Position numbers and translations under genes: made by a program
Notes under the pieces: generated by a model
Told to the model about the DNA's origin: nothing
Database searches by the model: none
Seen by the model: the letters and a program-made list of their open reading frames with translations, nothing else
Shown here: piece after piece, positions 25,640 to 38,706 of the stretch
Layout of the letters: each line of letters begins with the position of its first letter
How positions within the stretch are numbered: the stretch's first letter is position 1
Source of the DNA: Chiloscyllium plagiosum
Lineage: Eukaryota
Direction of reading: 5' to 3'
Length of the DNA: 64,000 bases
NCBI RefSeq assembly: GCF_004010195.1
Contig: NC_057719.1
Location: 56,903,187 to 56,967,186, forward strand

Positions 25640-26340
25640 TGGATAGGGGAGTCAGGAGGTGAACTACACATTGTTGGTTTACTAGCTCTGATCTGCTCTT
25701 GTAGTGAGAGGATTTATAATAGTTAGCTCAATTCAGTTTCTGGTCATTGGTGATCCCTAGGATGTTAATAACAGAAGATTCAGTCGGTGTGACAGTTAAA
25801 CTCTCTTTTGTTTGTCATTGCTCTTTTGTGGCATGAATGCTATTTTCCACTTGTTTGCCCACATCTGAATTTGTCCACAACTTGCTGCTTTTGGACATGG
25901 ATTGCTTCAGTGCCTGAAAAGTGGTGAATCATAGCCAACTTCCCTGCTGTACCTTATGATGGACGGAATGTCATTGATGAAGCTGCTAATAATGGTTAGG
26001 CCAAGAACACCACCTGAAGAACTGGGGATCTCTTGGCACAGTGGCAGTGTCCCTGCCCCTTATTTTCAAGTCCAACCTGCTCTAGAGATGTGTAGAAACA
26101 GAAAATATATTAGAAAGTACATACTCCGAAGGATTCTTACAGTGATGACCAGGAGATTAGATGACTGAACTCCAACAAGCAGAATCATTTTCTTTGAGTT
26201 AAGCCAAACAGTGGAATGCTCCCCCCCCCCCACCTCTCTCCTACCATTTCTCAATGACTCCAATTTTGCTAGGGTTCCTTGATGTCATACTGTTAAATGT
26301 GGCCTTAATGTCAAGTGCAGTCACTCTGACCTCATATCTG
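25640..26340 (-). mobile_element. Decayed fragment of the LINE family at 46640-49830
   Basis: Reverse complement resembles 48600-49320. Confidence 0.55.
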
Positions 26341-26645
26341 ATTGCTGGATTGATTGGCAAGTCAAACATGATTGATAAAAGTGTTGCCATGGAGAATGCA
26401 ACAATGATGATTGATAATTAACTGTCAGACTTTGCTTAAATTCTAAACCATGCAGATTGATTCTGATTGGTTAAGACATTGTCCTGAGAAATGAGCCAGT
26501 GAATGGTTGTGAGATATTTCACTTCGAGCCTGGTTGACAATGCTAAATTGGTTGTCATCATTATTTGTGGCTCACTCAGAATCATTTAGCAAATATCCAA
26601 TTACTGAATATTCGGACATGGTGTTGCGACTTTTCCAAGCATGGA
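26340..26645 (-). mobile_element. Penelope-like family C fragment
   Basis: gattggcaagt..gttgccatggagaatgca..ctgattgg resembles 50800-51200. Confidence 0.5.
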
Positions 26646-26659
26646 CTAGTTAGTACAGT

Positions 26660-27395
26660 CAATGCTTAATGGTAAGTCCAAGGGAGTGTTGCTGAACAAA
26701 GAGACCTTGGAGTGCATGTTCACAGCTCCTTGAAAGTGGAGACACAGGTAGATAGGATAGTGAAGGCGGCATTTGGTATGCTTTCTTTTATTGGCCAGAG
26801 TATTGAGTACAGGAGTTGGGAGGTCATGTTGCGGCTGTACAGGACATTGGTTAGTCCACTGTTGGAATATAACATGCAATTCTGGTCTCCTTCCTATCGG
26901 AAAGATGTTGTGAAACTTGAAAGCATTCAGAAAAGATTTACAAGGATGTTGCCAGGGTTGGAGGATTTACGCTATAGGGAGAGGCTGAACAGACTGGGGC
27001 TGTTTTCCCTCGAGCGTCGGAGGCTAGAGGTTTACAAAATTATGAGGGGCATGCATAGGATAAATAGGCAAAGTCTTTTCCCTGGGGTCGGGGAGTCCAG
27101 AACTAGAGGGCATAGGTTTAGGGTGAGAGGGGAAAGATATAAAAAAGATATAAGGGGCAACTTTTTCACACAGAATGTGGTATGTGCTTGGAATGAGCTG
27201 CCAGAGGAAGTGGTGGAGGCTGGTACAATTGCAACATTTAAAAGACATTTGGATGGGTATATGAGTGGGAAAGGTTTAGAGGGGTATAGGCTGGGTGCAG
27301 GCAGGTGGGACTAGATTGAGTTGGGATATCCGGTCGGCATGGACGGTTTGGACCGAAGGGTCTGTTTCCATGCTGTACATCTCTATGACTCTATG
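26660..27395 (+). mobile_element. Relatively young 5'-truncated CR1 LINE
   Basis: 200-codon open ORF2 C-terminus (LYRTLVSPLLEY...RGNFFTQ...WNELPEEVVEAGTIATFKRHLD) followed by the 3' UTR. Confidence 0.92.
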
Positions 27396-28094
27396 CTTAG
27401 AACATAGAACATCCTTCGGCCCACGATGTTGTGCTGAACATTTGTCCTAGCTTGTTGCAAATAGTGAGAGGGATATCATTTTTAACATAGACAGCAAATG
27501 CTTGGTATGTGTGACCTACATTTCTCAAATTTGAGATGGACGGAATGTCTTTTCAGCTTGACAGTAACATGTGGTTAGTGGCAAGAGCCACTTATGTTGC
27601 TCCTGTGTAGTATCGTTGTGAAACAGTTAATTTCACTTATTGCTTAAGCTTCTAGGGTAAGGTGACTGCAGACTGGGCAATTCTCAGGTCTGAAGTGGCA
27701 ATCCTTCTAACAAACCATGGTAATGACACTATTACAACATTCTCATGGTGAACCAGGGACAAGCATGAAATACTGGCCCAGTCAGCGACGCCCACATCCC
27801 ACGAGTGAATTAAAAACTTCAACCACTCCCAGTCCACTTGCCAACCAAACAGTACTCTCCTTTCATAGAGTATTAGCATGGGTTTCTCCTTAAATTGGTA
27901 TTCTTGTGAATTGTTATCATGTGTGCAAAATAAAAGCCTTAGGGGCAAAACATGTCTTTTTCAGCAATACACAAAAAACCGTAGTTGCTGCAGAAGGAGG
28001 TACATGCTTCTAATGTGGAACTCTGAAAATAAATAAATTTGTAAGTGTTTAAAGACTATCGCCAGTGTTATCCTGCATCAACTCATTGGTCGGA

Positions 28095-28171
28095 TGCTGC
28101 CTGACCTGCTGTGCTTTTCCAGCACCACACTCTTGACTCTAATCTCCAGCATTTGTAGTACTCACTTTTGC
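28095..28171 (+). mobile_element. Penelope-derived mini insertion with 13-bp TSD
   Basis: ctcattggtcgga at 28082-28094 and 28172-28184. Confidence 0.75.
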
Positions 28172-28414
28172 CTCATTGGTCGGAACATTGAGTAGAAGAT
28201 TTGGGACATCAAGTCACGGATGTACAGCACATTGGGAAGGCCACTTTTGAAATACTACGTACAATTCTGATCACTTTCCTACACAAAGAATGTTGTTAAA
28301 CCTGAAAGGGTTCAGAAAAGATTTACAAGGATATTGCTGGGATATGAGGATTTGAGCTTTCGGAAGAGGCTGGATAAACGGGTATTTTCCGTGAAGCATC
28401 ATAGGTTGAGAGGT

Positions 28415-31040
28415 CATAGAGTCACGGAGATGTACAGCATGGAAACAAACCCATCGATCCAACTCTTCCATGCCGACCAGATATCCTAACCTAATCTAGT
28501 CCCATTTGCCAGCAGCCAGCCCTTCCTATTCACATATAATTACAACATTTAAAAGGGATCTGGATGGGTATCAGCTTTCACCACTTCCTGAGGCAGCTCA
28601 TTCCATACATGCACCACCCTCTGCATCAAAAAGGTGCCCTTTAGGTCCCTTTTAAATCTTTCCCCTCCTACCCTAAACCTATGCACTCTAGTTATGGACT
28701 CCCCTACCCCAGGGAATAGACCTTGTCTATTTATCCTATCCATGCCCATCATGAAGTCATCCCTCAGCCTCCAATGCTCCAGGGAAAACAGTCCCAGCCT
28801 ATTTAGCCGCTTCCTGGAGCTCAAAACCTTCAACTCTGACAACATCCTTGTAAATCTTTTCTGAACCCTCCAGTAGGTACATCCACATATTGAATCAATA
28901 AAATTTTCTTGTATACATTTAAATTCCTCTCCGTTTAAATCCTTAACACTATGGCAGTACTAGTTTACATTTAGAAAGTTAGAATAATAGGGTGGAAAAG
29001 GGGATTTTAACAAATAACTGAGGTCTCCTTACCAATTTGTTTCTCAATTTCCCGCTGACCGTTGGCGGGTCAATAGTACAATCCCAACAATGCAATCATC
29101 CCTTTCTTATTTCTCAGTTCCACCCAAATAACTTCCCTGGAAGTATTCCCAGGAACATCCTGCCTAAGTACAGCCGTAATGTTACTCCTGATCAAATACA
29201 CCACTCCCTCTCTTCTCTTGCCCTGCTTTCTATCATTCCAAAAGCATTTGTATCCTGGAACATTAAGCTGCCAGTCCTATATGTCCTTGAGCCACGTCCC
29301 TGTAATTGCTATGATATCCCAGTCCCATATTAGTCAGCATGTCCTGAGTTCAAGTGCCTTCTCTGTTAGACCTCTTGGAGCGAAATAAATGCAGTTTAAT
29401 TTATCAGTCCTGCTTTGTTCCTGACTGTTTAACTTGCTTCTTTTCCCAATTATACCAATTTCCGATTAATCTCTTTCCTCACTATTGCCCTGGGTCCCAT
29501 TCTCACTGACCCCCCAACTACCACTACCACCCCCACCGCCCCTCACCCTCCTATTCACGCACCAAGCAGCTTTAGTATATCTCCCTGCCAGTACATTAGT
29601 CCCCTTCCAATTCGGGTGCAATCCATTCTTCTTATACAGGTCACAGGAAGAGATTCCAATGATCCAAAACTATGAATCCTTCTCTCTGCACCAGCCCCTC
29701 AGCCACGCATTCATATGCTCTATTCTCCTATTCCTACCCTCACTAGATAGTGGCACCGGGAATAATCCAGATAATGCTACCCTTGAGAATCTCCTTTTTA
29801 AATTCATGCCTAACTTCCGATATTCTCCCTTCAGAATTTTTATTTCCTATGCCTTTAGTTCCAATGTGTACAACTAACTCCTGCTGGTCCCACACCTTTG
29901 AGAATATCCTCCACTCTCTCAGAGATATCCTTCATTCTTGCACCAGGCAGGCAACACATCATGCTGATTTCTTGCAGTCGGCTGCAGAAATGTCTGTCTG
30001 TGCCTCTGACTACAGAGTCTCCGATCACAATCGATCGTTTGGAATCTGGAGTACCCTTCATTACATATGAGCCAGTCTCGGTACCAGAAACTCAGCTGTT
30101 CGTACTACATTGCCCCGAGAGTCCATTACCCACTACATTTTTCAAAAAACAAAACATGCTTGTTTGAGATGGGGATAGCCACAGGAGACTCCTACATTAT
30201 CTGCCTCCTTCTCCTACCTTTCCTGGAGGTAACCCATCTACCTGACTGTATTTGTGGTTCTTCTCCCTTCCTATATCTGCCATCCATCACACCCTCTAGC
30301 TCCTGTAAATTCCTTATTGCTTCTGCCACTCCAATCGATCTATGCAATATGATAGGATGTGCAACCAAAGATACTTACTGCAGACATACTCATCAGTAAC
30401 ATGGAAACTAATTTTCCAAATACAACAGGAAGAACATATCACTCTACTAAAGGCCATCTTTGCACCATTACAATGTGCAGACCCAGAAAATAGCAGTCTT
30501 ACTGCTCTAACAAAACACTGCTCCAGGCTAACTTAGTACCTATGTTTTGTATTTTTAAAATTTAATCAACAGGCAGATCTCAATAAATCATGCAATCAAA
30601 AAGAACATACTCTATTCACAGTTATAGGTTTACGAAAAAAAGAGCAAGGTTGCACTAAAAAACCATGCAGTTATCTGCTTCTGTGCTGTGAGTTCTTTTA
30701 CACAGGTTCCTCCAAAGTCAGCTGTGATTTTCGTTGTTTGTTAATTTTTTTTCCATGCACTCCGATGTCCAGAAATACTTAAACTCAAACAGAAAGGGCA
30801 GTAGCTGTGCAGATTCACTGCTGTGTCAGACAGCACTGTACGTTTCTTTCTCTCGCTCTCTCACCGACCATGTAGTGTTTTGTGTCTCTTCCTCCTTTTT
30901 AAAGTGCCATTGTTTTGATAGTTTTTTTTCCCCGAAGTTCTAAAACAATGCAACAGCTTATAAAAAAAAATTACTGCTCCTAGAATTCGAGGAAATCAGC
31001 TCCAATGCCTAACATACCTCAAAAATAGGAGCAGCTCTTA
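28415..31040 (-). mobile_element. CR1 LINE with 5' UTR, ORF1 esterase, start of ORF2 and 3' end, but no RT core; nested in a plus-strand CR1 (28172-28414 and about 31067-31430)
   Basis: ORF1 SGNH motif IVIGDSVVRGTDRHFC...CCLPGAR at 29855-30061. The endonuclease region joins the 3' end at about 28870. Host sequence aggttgagaggt|gactttacagaggttt is continuous across the insert. Confidence 0.75.
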
Positions 31041-31554
31041 CAGCCACAATTTTTTTCCCATGAATTGACTTTACAGAGGTTTGTAAAATCAGGAGGAGCA
31101 TAGATAGAGTGAATAGCCAATATCTTTCTCCCAGGATAGAGGAGTCCAAAACTAGAGGGCCGAGGTTTACGTTGAGAAGGGAACGATTTGAAAAAGACCT
31201 GAGGGATAACGTTTTCACCCAGACTTGGTGCGTGTAAGCAATTAAGCTGCCAAAGGAACTGGTGGTTGCAATTACAACATTTAAAAGGAATCTAGATAAA
31301 TAAATGAACAGGAAGGATTAAGGTGGTTATGGGCCAAATGCTGGCAAATAGAACTAGGTCAGTCTTGGATGTTTACACAGACAAGTTGGACCAATGGGTC
31401 TGTTTCTGTCCTAGATGACTCTATGACTCTACAACTAGCTCTCTGAACAGAACATAAAGAAGACTGTTGCTTAAATTTGAAGATTAAAAGCAAAGCAAAC
31501 TATTTATGACAGACAAATGCAATGTTAATAGACACAGCTAAAAATAACAGTAGA

Positions 31555-32130
31555 ACTAGAAGAGTATACAGGCAGTATGAAAAAACTTGAGAGGAAAATC
31601 AGGAGGGTAAAAATGGGGCATAAGATTGCTTTGGCAAAGAAGATTAAAGAGCATCCAAAGGGATTCTACAAATACATTAAGCACAAAAGGGTAACGAGAG
31701 AGAGAACAGGGCCCCTTAAAGAAAAGCAAGGCTGCCTATGTGTGGAATCGCAAGGGATGGGGGAGATCCTAAATGAGTACTTTGCATAGTGTTTACTGTG
31801 GAGAAGAATATGGAAGATAGAAAATGCAGGGAAATAAACAGCAACATCTCGAAAAATGTCCATATTATTGAGGTGGTGGTGCTGGCATCTTAAAATGCAT
31901 AAATGTGGATAAAGCCCCACGACCTGATCAGATGTACCCTCGAACTCTGTGGGAAGCTGGGGAAGTGATTGCTGGGCCCCTTGCTGAGATATCTGCAGGT
32001 GCAATAACTACAGGTGAGGTGCCGGAAGACTGAATATTGGCTAACTTGGTGCCAGTATTTAAAAAAGGTGGTAAGGAAAATCAACGCAAGTAGAGATTAG
32101 TGAGCCTGGCATCATTGGTGGGCAAGTTCT
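31555..32130 (+). mobile_element. CR1 ORF2 internal fragment
   Basis: IKEHPKGFYKYIK...MGEILNEYFA, followed by the PDQMYPR region. Confidence 0.85.
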
Positions 32131-33232
32131 GCAGTGAACAAGATGAATCAGGAGCTGAGCTGACAACAGTACAAAGGTTTAGTGATAGCATGGATATGTA
32201 GTTGGAAGCATATCACTGGAAAAATATGACGTCAGGTTTGTGAAATTCTGGTTCAATGTCAGACAGTTGCAAGGGAGAGGAATGGAATTGGTGGCAAGGG
32301 AAAGGAATTTGAGATGGGAATTGAAAAAAAGTGGCTCTAGGTTTCCTAATATTAAAATTAAGAAAACTCTTGCTCATCTGGCAGTAAATGTCAACAGTCT
32401 TGCCAATTTATAGACAATGAAGGGAGTGGAGAGAAATGGTGTCAAAGTGGGACTAATTGTCTTTTGTGTACTTGAGGAAAATGATACTGCTATTAAATAA
32501 TGTCACGGAATAAAGTGGCCATTCACCTGGCTTTACGAAAGACAGTCCAGTTTTTAAGGTGATATTTGTACAGTATTGGTTACCCTTATGTCTGGCATTT
32601 TCCATTTTATAATAAGAGCAATGTGTATAACTACAAAGTGTAGCCATGTGTATAGTACCTGTTATATTGAAAATGCAGTGTCACATTCATTCTAGCAATG
32701 TAGACAGAGGTTTGTCCAAAAAGCCATTTCTCTTTAAATTAGTCAAGACTGAATAAGTACACTTATGGTTCCAATTAAGACAAATTGCTTCAGGGAATGT
32801 TTGCATATTTAAATTTGAATATTTTTGTGATTTATTTTTAAAATTAAAAAATATAAATCTTTTCTCTGAAACACAAGTTGAAGTCATAGGCTTGCATTTG
32901 TAAATCAAACAACGATTTTAGTTTAACTAGGTGCTTTTGTTTGAACATTATTCTTAAGTAACACCATTTTTATTTAGTCTTTGCAATGCCATAAACTAAT
33001 TCCTGAAACCGCCATGTTAATTTTAAAATTACATTTGATGTGTCTACGTGGAATTTGGCAGGTGAATGTGCAGTGTTCATTGAACTAAGTCAGTGGTTGC
33101 CCCAGCAATTGAGCAGCTTGTAAATGAGAAATAGGAGGGGCCAATGGCATATTCTTTAGTAATACCAGAGGTAAGTAAACGTTTGTTAAACCTTTAAGTC
33201 ACATTAAAACAATATCTAATAGTTAACTATAC

Positions 33233-33470
33233 CTTTTCCTTTGTGTTTTTTCTGTTTTTGTTCACTCAATTTGTCTAAAGGAAGATCATGTAAGTCAAGG
33301 TTGTACAAATTCCGGGCGAGCACTTTGGTCAAAGTTTCCATTGTCATTGCCCATTCAGTAATTAGTTCTTCCCAGCATGTAAGTGATGACAACACCATCA
33401 GCAATTCATCCCACAGCTCTCGTGAAACATATACATCCAAATTTGCTTTGATCCAGGCTACTATTAGTGT
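33233..33470 (-). CDS. RALGAPA1: RALGAPA1 exon [11 protein letters not shown]...KQKKHKGK(G), 238 nt, phase 0 to 1
   Basis: Acceptor gtttatag|ACA and donor AAAG|gtatag. Highly conserved peptide. Confidence 0.96.
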
Positions 33471-34339
33471 CTATAAACAGAAAGAGACAAAAGAATGATT
33501 AAAAAGTGAGCAAATTATGCAGATACAAACTGTTAAAATAGTTTTACTAGTTTTCCTTTAAATAAGAAAGTTATTACATGCAATTTACACAATGAGTTGT
33601 GCTTAAATTCCTAACTGTTCATTGCATTTCCACATTACGATGAACTAAAAACATACAAGAAAACATTGCTGTATATTAAAGTTATATCTTTGTGTATATT
33701 TCATATTTATCTAAATATATTTTCTAGAATCTGAATCAAATAGTATTGGATGGGATAGCATAAAGCACAAGTAGTTAAACATTATGATACCATTGAGAAG
33801 AGAGTAACTGGAAACAGCACTTTTCTTTGACAACAAAAAATAAGACAAGCTATATCAGCATCCTTCATGGAGCTAAGTAAAATTACCAGAGTTGCAGGGA
33901 ACAGTTCATCAATTTGCTTCAAAAAAAAGCAAAAGAAATGTGTAGAAACAGTAAAATACAAAAAGATGAACAGAAGGAGACTGGTATACTATCAATTCTA
34001 AAGACAGAATCAAGAGAAAATGAGAAAAAAGTAAAAAGAAACAAGCCACGGAAGAACAATAAAATAAAAGATATTAGACACATTTTCCCTCCCAATTTGC
34101 ATAATTAAGATTCAACAGTTGATACTCTTCTCACAATTTAGTGAATCATTAGGATTAAAAGCTTCTTTGCTGGAAAATTTTTATTAATTATATTAAAGCA
34201 TCTTTTCCTAAGTAGTCTCAGATAATAGCGCACTTGAGGCAAACAAAAAAGATCAACCATTGTCATAGTAAATAGAGGAGTACGCTAGAGTGGTTTAAGT
34301 GCCTACTCCTGCTCCTAATTCTTAGTTCATATAATCTAT

Positions 34340-35200
34340 TATGTAGTGGACAGCAAAGGAGATTGCTTCAGAGTACAACGGGACCTCGATGACATGGGCC
34401 AATGAGCTGAAGACTGGTAGATGGATTTCAATTTAGATAAGTGTGAGGTGCTGCATTTTGAAAAAACAAATCAGCGCAGGACTTCTAAACTCAATGTTAA
34501 GGTCCTGGGAGTGTTGCTGAACAAAGAGACCTTGGAGTGCAGGTTCATGGTTTCTTGAAATTGGAGTCCCAGGTCAACAGGACAGTGAAGACGACATGTG
34601 GTATATTTGCCTTTATTGGTTAGTTCATTGAGTAGAGGAGTTGGGAGGTCATGTTGCAACTGTACAAGACATTGGTGAGGCTGCTTTTGGAATATTGTGT
34701 GCAATTCTGGTTTCCCTCCTATGAGAAGGATGTTGTGAAACTTGAAGTGGTTCACAAAAGATTTACAAGTATGTTGCCAGGGTTGGAGGATTTGAGCTAT
34801 AGGGAGAGGCAAAATAGGCTAGGACTATTTTTCCTGGAGCATCGGAGGCAGAGGGGTGACGTTATAGAGGTTTATGAAATCATGAGCGGCATGGTTTGGA
34901 TGAATAGCCAAGGTCTTTTCCCTGGGAATACGGAGTCCAAAACTAGAGGGCAAAAGTTTAAGGTGAGAGGGGAAGGATGTAAATGGGTCTAAGGAGTACC
35001 ATTTTCACATAGAGGGTGGTGTGTATATGGAACGAGTTGCCAGAAGGAGTGGCACAATTACAACATTTGACAGGAAGGGGTTAGAGCGATTTCGACCAAA
35101 TGCTGACAAATGGAACTAGATTAATTTTGGATATCTGGTCAGCATAGACTAGTTGGACTGAAGGGCCTGTTTCTAAGCTGTACCGCTCTCTGACTCTATA
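34340..35200 (+). mobile_element. 5'-truncated CR1 LINE
   Basis: LYKTLVRLLLEYCVQFW and a CR1 tail. Confidence 0.9.
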
Positions 35201-35629
35201 AAGGAAGAAATTCTTTATATATTCTTCAAACTTTTTCCAACAGTACAGATGGGAAGGAATTTTCTTTACCATCCGGTTTTTAAAAGGGTACTAAAGAGCT
35301 GATACCCAATTATACCTTTTACTTGCTCCTCAAAAATCCCTCAGTACATCTCACACCTTCAGTACGTATATGCAACACCTTAATTTTCTTGGACACCAAG
35401 GGAATCAAGAGATGAGGGATCAGGGCAGAAGCAGGATAGGGGAGTAGCATTGAGATAGATGAACAGCTATGATCTTATTGAATGGTAAAGCAGGGTCATA
35501 GAACTGTCTAATCTACTCAGATGCTATTTTGGACATTCGTATATGTAGCTAGATTCTACTTAGCATACACCATGTATGAAGCAAATGTGGAGAGAATAAA
35601 AACATAGTAAGAAAAGTATCAATTGACGT

Positions 35630-36215
35630 ATAAAAAACAGGAGCAGAAGACAATCCAGCCCAATAAGCCTGCACCACTATTCAATATGATGTTGGCTGAC
35701 CTTGGGTTCCAATTCCACTTTCTATCTCATTCATTGTATCTTTCAATTCGTAAGAGTTCAGACACTGTCTACCTCAGTCTCAAGTGTACTCAATGATAAC
35801 ACATTCACAAGTCTCAGGATTCTATAAATAGAATTCCACAATCCTTTGAATGAAGAAATTTCTCGTGATCTCAGTTCTAAATGATAAAGCAGTATCCTCA
35901 AATTATGGCTTCTTGTTCTAGGAACTCAACCAAGGGTAACAACCTCTACCTTGTTAAGCTGAAAATGTGTTGCTGGAACAGCGCAGCAGGTCAGGCAGCA
36001 TCCAAGGAACAGGATCTTCGGCTTATGCCCGAAACGTCGATTCTCCTGTTCCCTGGATGCTGCCTGACCTGCTGCGCAGTTCCAGCAACACATTTTCAGC
36101 TCTGATCTCCAGCATCTGCAGACCTCACTTTCTCCTCTACCTTGTTAAGCCCCTTCAGAATCTTGTGTTTTTCAATGTAATGGTCTCTTACTCTTCAAAA
36201 CTCAGAAGAACATCA
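35630..36215 (-). mobile_element. Older CR1 3' end interrupted by a palindromic insertion
   Basis: Tail similar to the 2456 copy. Split at 35960-36133. Confidence 0.65.
35960..36133. mobile_element. Young palindromic Penelope-derived insertion with TSD of about 17 bp
   Basis: cctctaccttgttaagc at 35943-35959 and 36134-36150. Near-perfect 57-bp arms (35958-36014 and 36044-36100) enclose GGCTTATGCCCGAAACGTC. Confidence 0.85.
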
Positions 36216-36229
36216 AAAGGACATGGAGG

Positions 36230-37490
36230 AGCTGGTGAAATCAATATGGCTTTGTGCATGGGAAATCATGTCTCACAAACTTGATTGAGTTTTTTTGAAA
36301 AAGTAACGATGAGGATTGATGAGCGCAGAGCGGTGGATGTAATCTATGGACTTCACGAAGGCATTCAACAAGATTAGCAAGTTTAGATACAGGGAGCACT
36401 AGCCATTTAGATACAGAACTGGCTTGAAGATACAAAACAGAGGGTGGTGATGGAGGGTTGTTTTTCAAACTGGAGGCCTGTGACCGATGGTTTGCCACAA
36501 GGATCAGTGCTGGGTCCACGACTTTTCATCATTTATGTAAATGATTTGAATGTGAACATGGGAGGTATGGTTACTAACTTTCCAGATGACACCAAAATTA
36601 GAGGTGTAGTGGACAGCAAAGGATGCCTCAAAATAAAATGTGATCTTGATCAGATGGGCCAATGTGCCGAGCAGTAGCAAATGGAGTTTAATTTAGATAA
36701 ATGTGTGGTGCTGTATTTTAGAAAGACAAGTCAGAGCAGGACTTCCACACTTAATAGTAAGGTCCTGGGAGTGTTGCTGAACAAAGAGACCTTGGAGTTC
36801 AGGTTCATAGTTCCTTGAAAGTGGAAATCTTCGAGGGGAAAGTGAGGTCTGCAGATGCTGGAGATCAAAGTTGAAACTTTATTGCTGGAACATCTGCAGA
36901 TGCTGGAGATCAAAGTTGAAACTTTATTCTGCAGATGCTGGAACTCCTTGAAAGTGGAGTTGCAGGTAGACAGGATAGTGAAGGCTGCATTTGGTATTCT
37001 TTCCTTTAGTGGTCAGAGCATAGAGTATGTGGAGGTCATGTTGTGGCTGTACAGGACATTGTTTCGACCACTTTTGGAATATTGTGTGCAATTCTTATCT
37101 CCCTCCTATGAGAAGGATGTTGTGAAACTTGAAAGGGTTCAGAAAAGCTTTATACAAGGATGTTGCCAGGGTTGGAGAGTTGGAGCTATAGGGAAAGGCT
37201 AAATAGAGAGCATAGGTTTAGGATGAGGGGGGAAAACCTTAAAAGGGACCTAAGGGGCAACTTTTTCACGCAGAGGGTGGTGCATGTATATAATGAGCTG
37301 CCAGAGGAAATGGTGGAGGCTGATACAATTACAACTTTTAAAAGACAACTGGATGGGTATATGAATATGAAGGGTTTGGAGGGATACAAACCAGGTGCTG
37401 GTAAATGGGAATAGATTAATTTAGGATATCTGGTCAGTGTCGATGAGTTAAATCGAAGGGTCTGTTTCCATGCTGTACATATTTATGACT
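36230..37490 (+). mobile_element. CR1 RT and 3' end containing a small insertion
   Basis: GLPQGSVLGP, FPDDTKI, RGNFFTQRVV, tail. Confidence 0.9.
36826..36944 (-). mobile_element. Penelope-derived terminal fragment, tandemly reiterated, with 14-bp TSD
   Basis: tccttgaaagtgga at 36812-36825 and 36945-36958. About 2.4 copies of ctgcagatgctggagatcaaagttgaaactttatt. Confidence 0.8.
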
Positions 37491-37708
37491 GTTAGCAATA
37501 AATGGCAGGCTAACTTCAATAGTACAAAGAAAATGGCGACACAGTATAAACTAAAGGGTTAGTCCAGCAGAGGGACATGTGTGTATAAAGGCATAAATTG
37601 TTAAAACTTGACAGGACAGGTAGGACAGCTGTTAATGAAACATTCAGTTTTCTACACTTCATTAATCGGGGCATGGAGTAAAAGAACAGGAAGGTTTTGT
37701 TGTTCCTG

Positions 37709-38334
37709 TGTGACAATGCTGCTCCTTTGACAAGGTTAGGTTTTCCTTGTTTTTCTTTCCACAGGGTCATAAAAGCATAGATTCCAATATGTCTGGTTTG
37801 CATGGATTTAGGCCCAATTTGACTAAAGCTAACAGATACTTCCTCAGACAAAAGGCTTTCAAATTAAAAAAAGTCTTGTACAATGAAAGGGGAACAGCCA
37901 GTTCTCCCAGCTCAGCTTTTCTCTGGCTGAGTTTGGTTTTAGCAATTTGGAGGTTCAGAGCTCCTGGGTTTTTTTCTGAGGCTGCTGGTCCAAGAAACAG
38001 CTCCACGCTGATCCTCTCTTTCTGACATCTCTCCTGTAAGAACCTGTGTTTGATTTTACCTTTTTTGCCAAGGGGGTGTTTATGGGGATGTTGCAAGTAT
38101 TTGGAACAGCATCACTAAGTTGCAATAGAGTTGACTGGGTTTTTTTAATAGTCATGTTATTCTAAATTTGCTTTTCTTTTATTCATGTGTAAATAAATAC
38201 TATTTTGTTTAAAGCTGAGTGGTTGGGACATTCCTGGAATATCCAATTTATATGTGCTTAAAACAATTAGAAAAGTTAGGGTCTGGGCTACTTTCTTGAA
38301 ATGTTTTTGAGGGGGTTTGGCCTAGTCCATAACA
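37709..38334 (+). mobile_element. Probable solo LTR inserted in an old CR1 remnant
   Basis: TGTGA...TAACA ends, AATAAA near 38192, CR1-like sequence on both sides. No clear TSD. Confidence 0.55.
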
Positions 38335-38674
38335 AGTCTACATGACACCAGTTCAATCTCAGCACTGGCAACAATGTGAACACATTGTAAGAGTGCAGAA
38401 GAAGTTTACATAAATGGTTTTAGGGATATGAAATTTTAGTTATGAGGACAGATTGGAGAAATTGGGACTGTTTTGCTTGGAAAGGAGGTGATGGTCTGAT
38501 ACAAATTTTCAAGATCTTGAGGGAGAAAAAGTTCCCACTTCTAAGAATATCAAGAAATAAAGGATACAGATTTAACATATTTTGAAAAATAAACAAATCC
38601 AATGTGTGAACTTCTCTCTCCCTTCCTTCCCCCACCTGTGTTCCCCTCACTCACCCCCACCCCCATACTCCACT

Positions 38675-38680
<6 letters not shown>

Positions 38681-38706
<26 letters not shown>
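38681..38706 (+). repeat. (CA)13 microsatellite
   Basis: Read directly from the sequence. Confidence 0.95.

Noticed and set aside
26712..27314. 200-aa ORF as a host gene
   Set aside because: It is the CR1 ORF2 C-terminus, present in many decayed copies in this window.
36848..36942. CRISPR-like repeat array
   Set aside because: Vertebrate context, no unique spacers and no cas genes. It is a reiterated retroelement terminus within a TSD.
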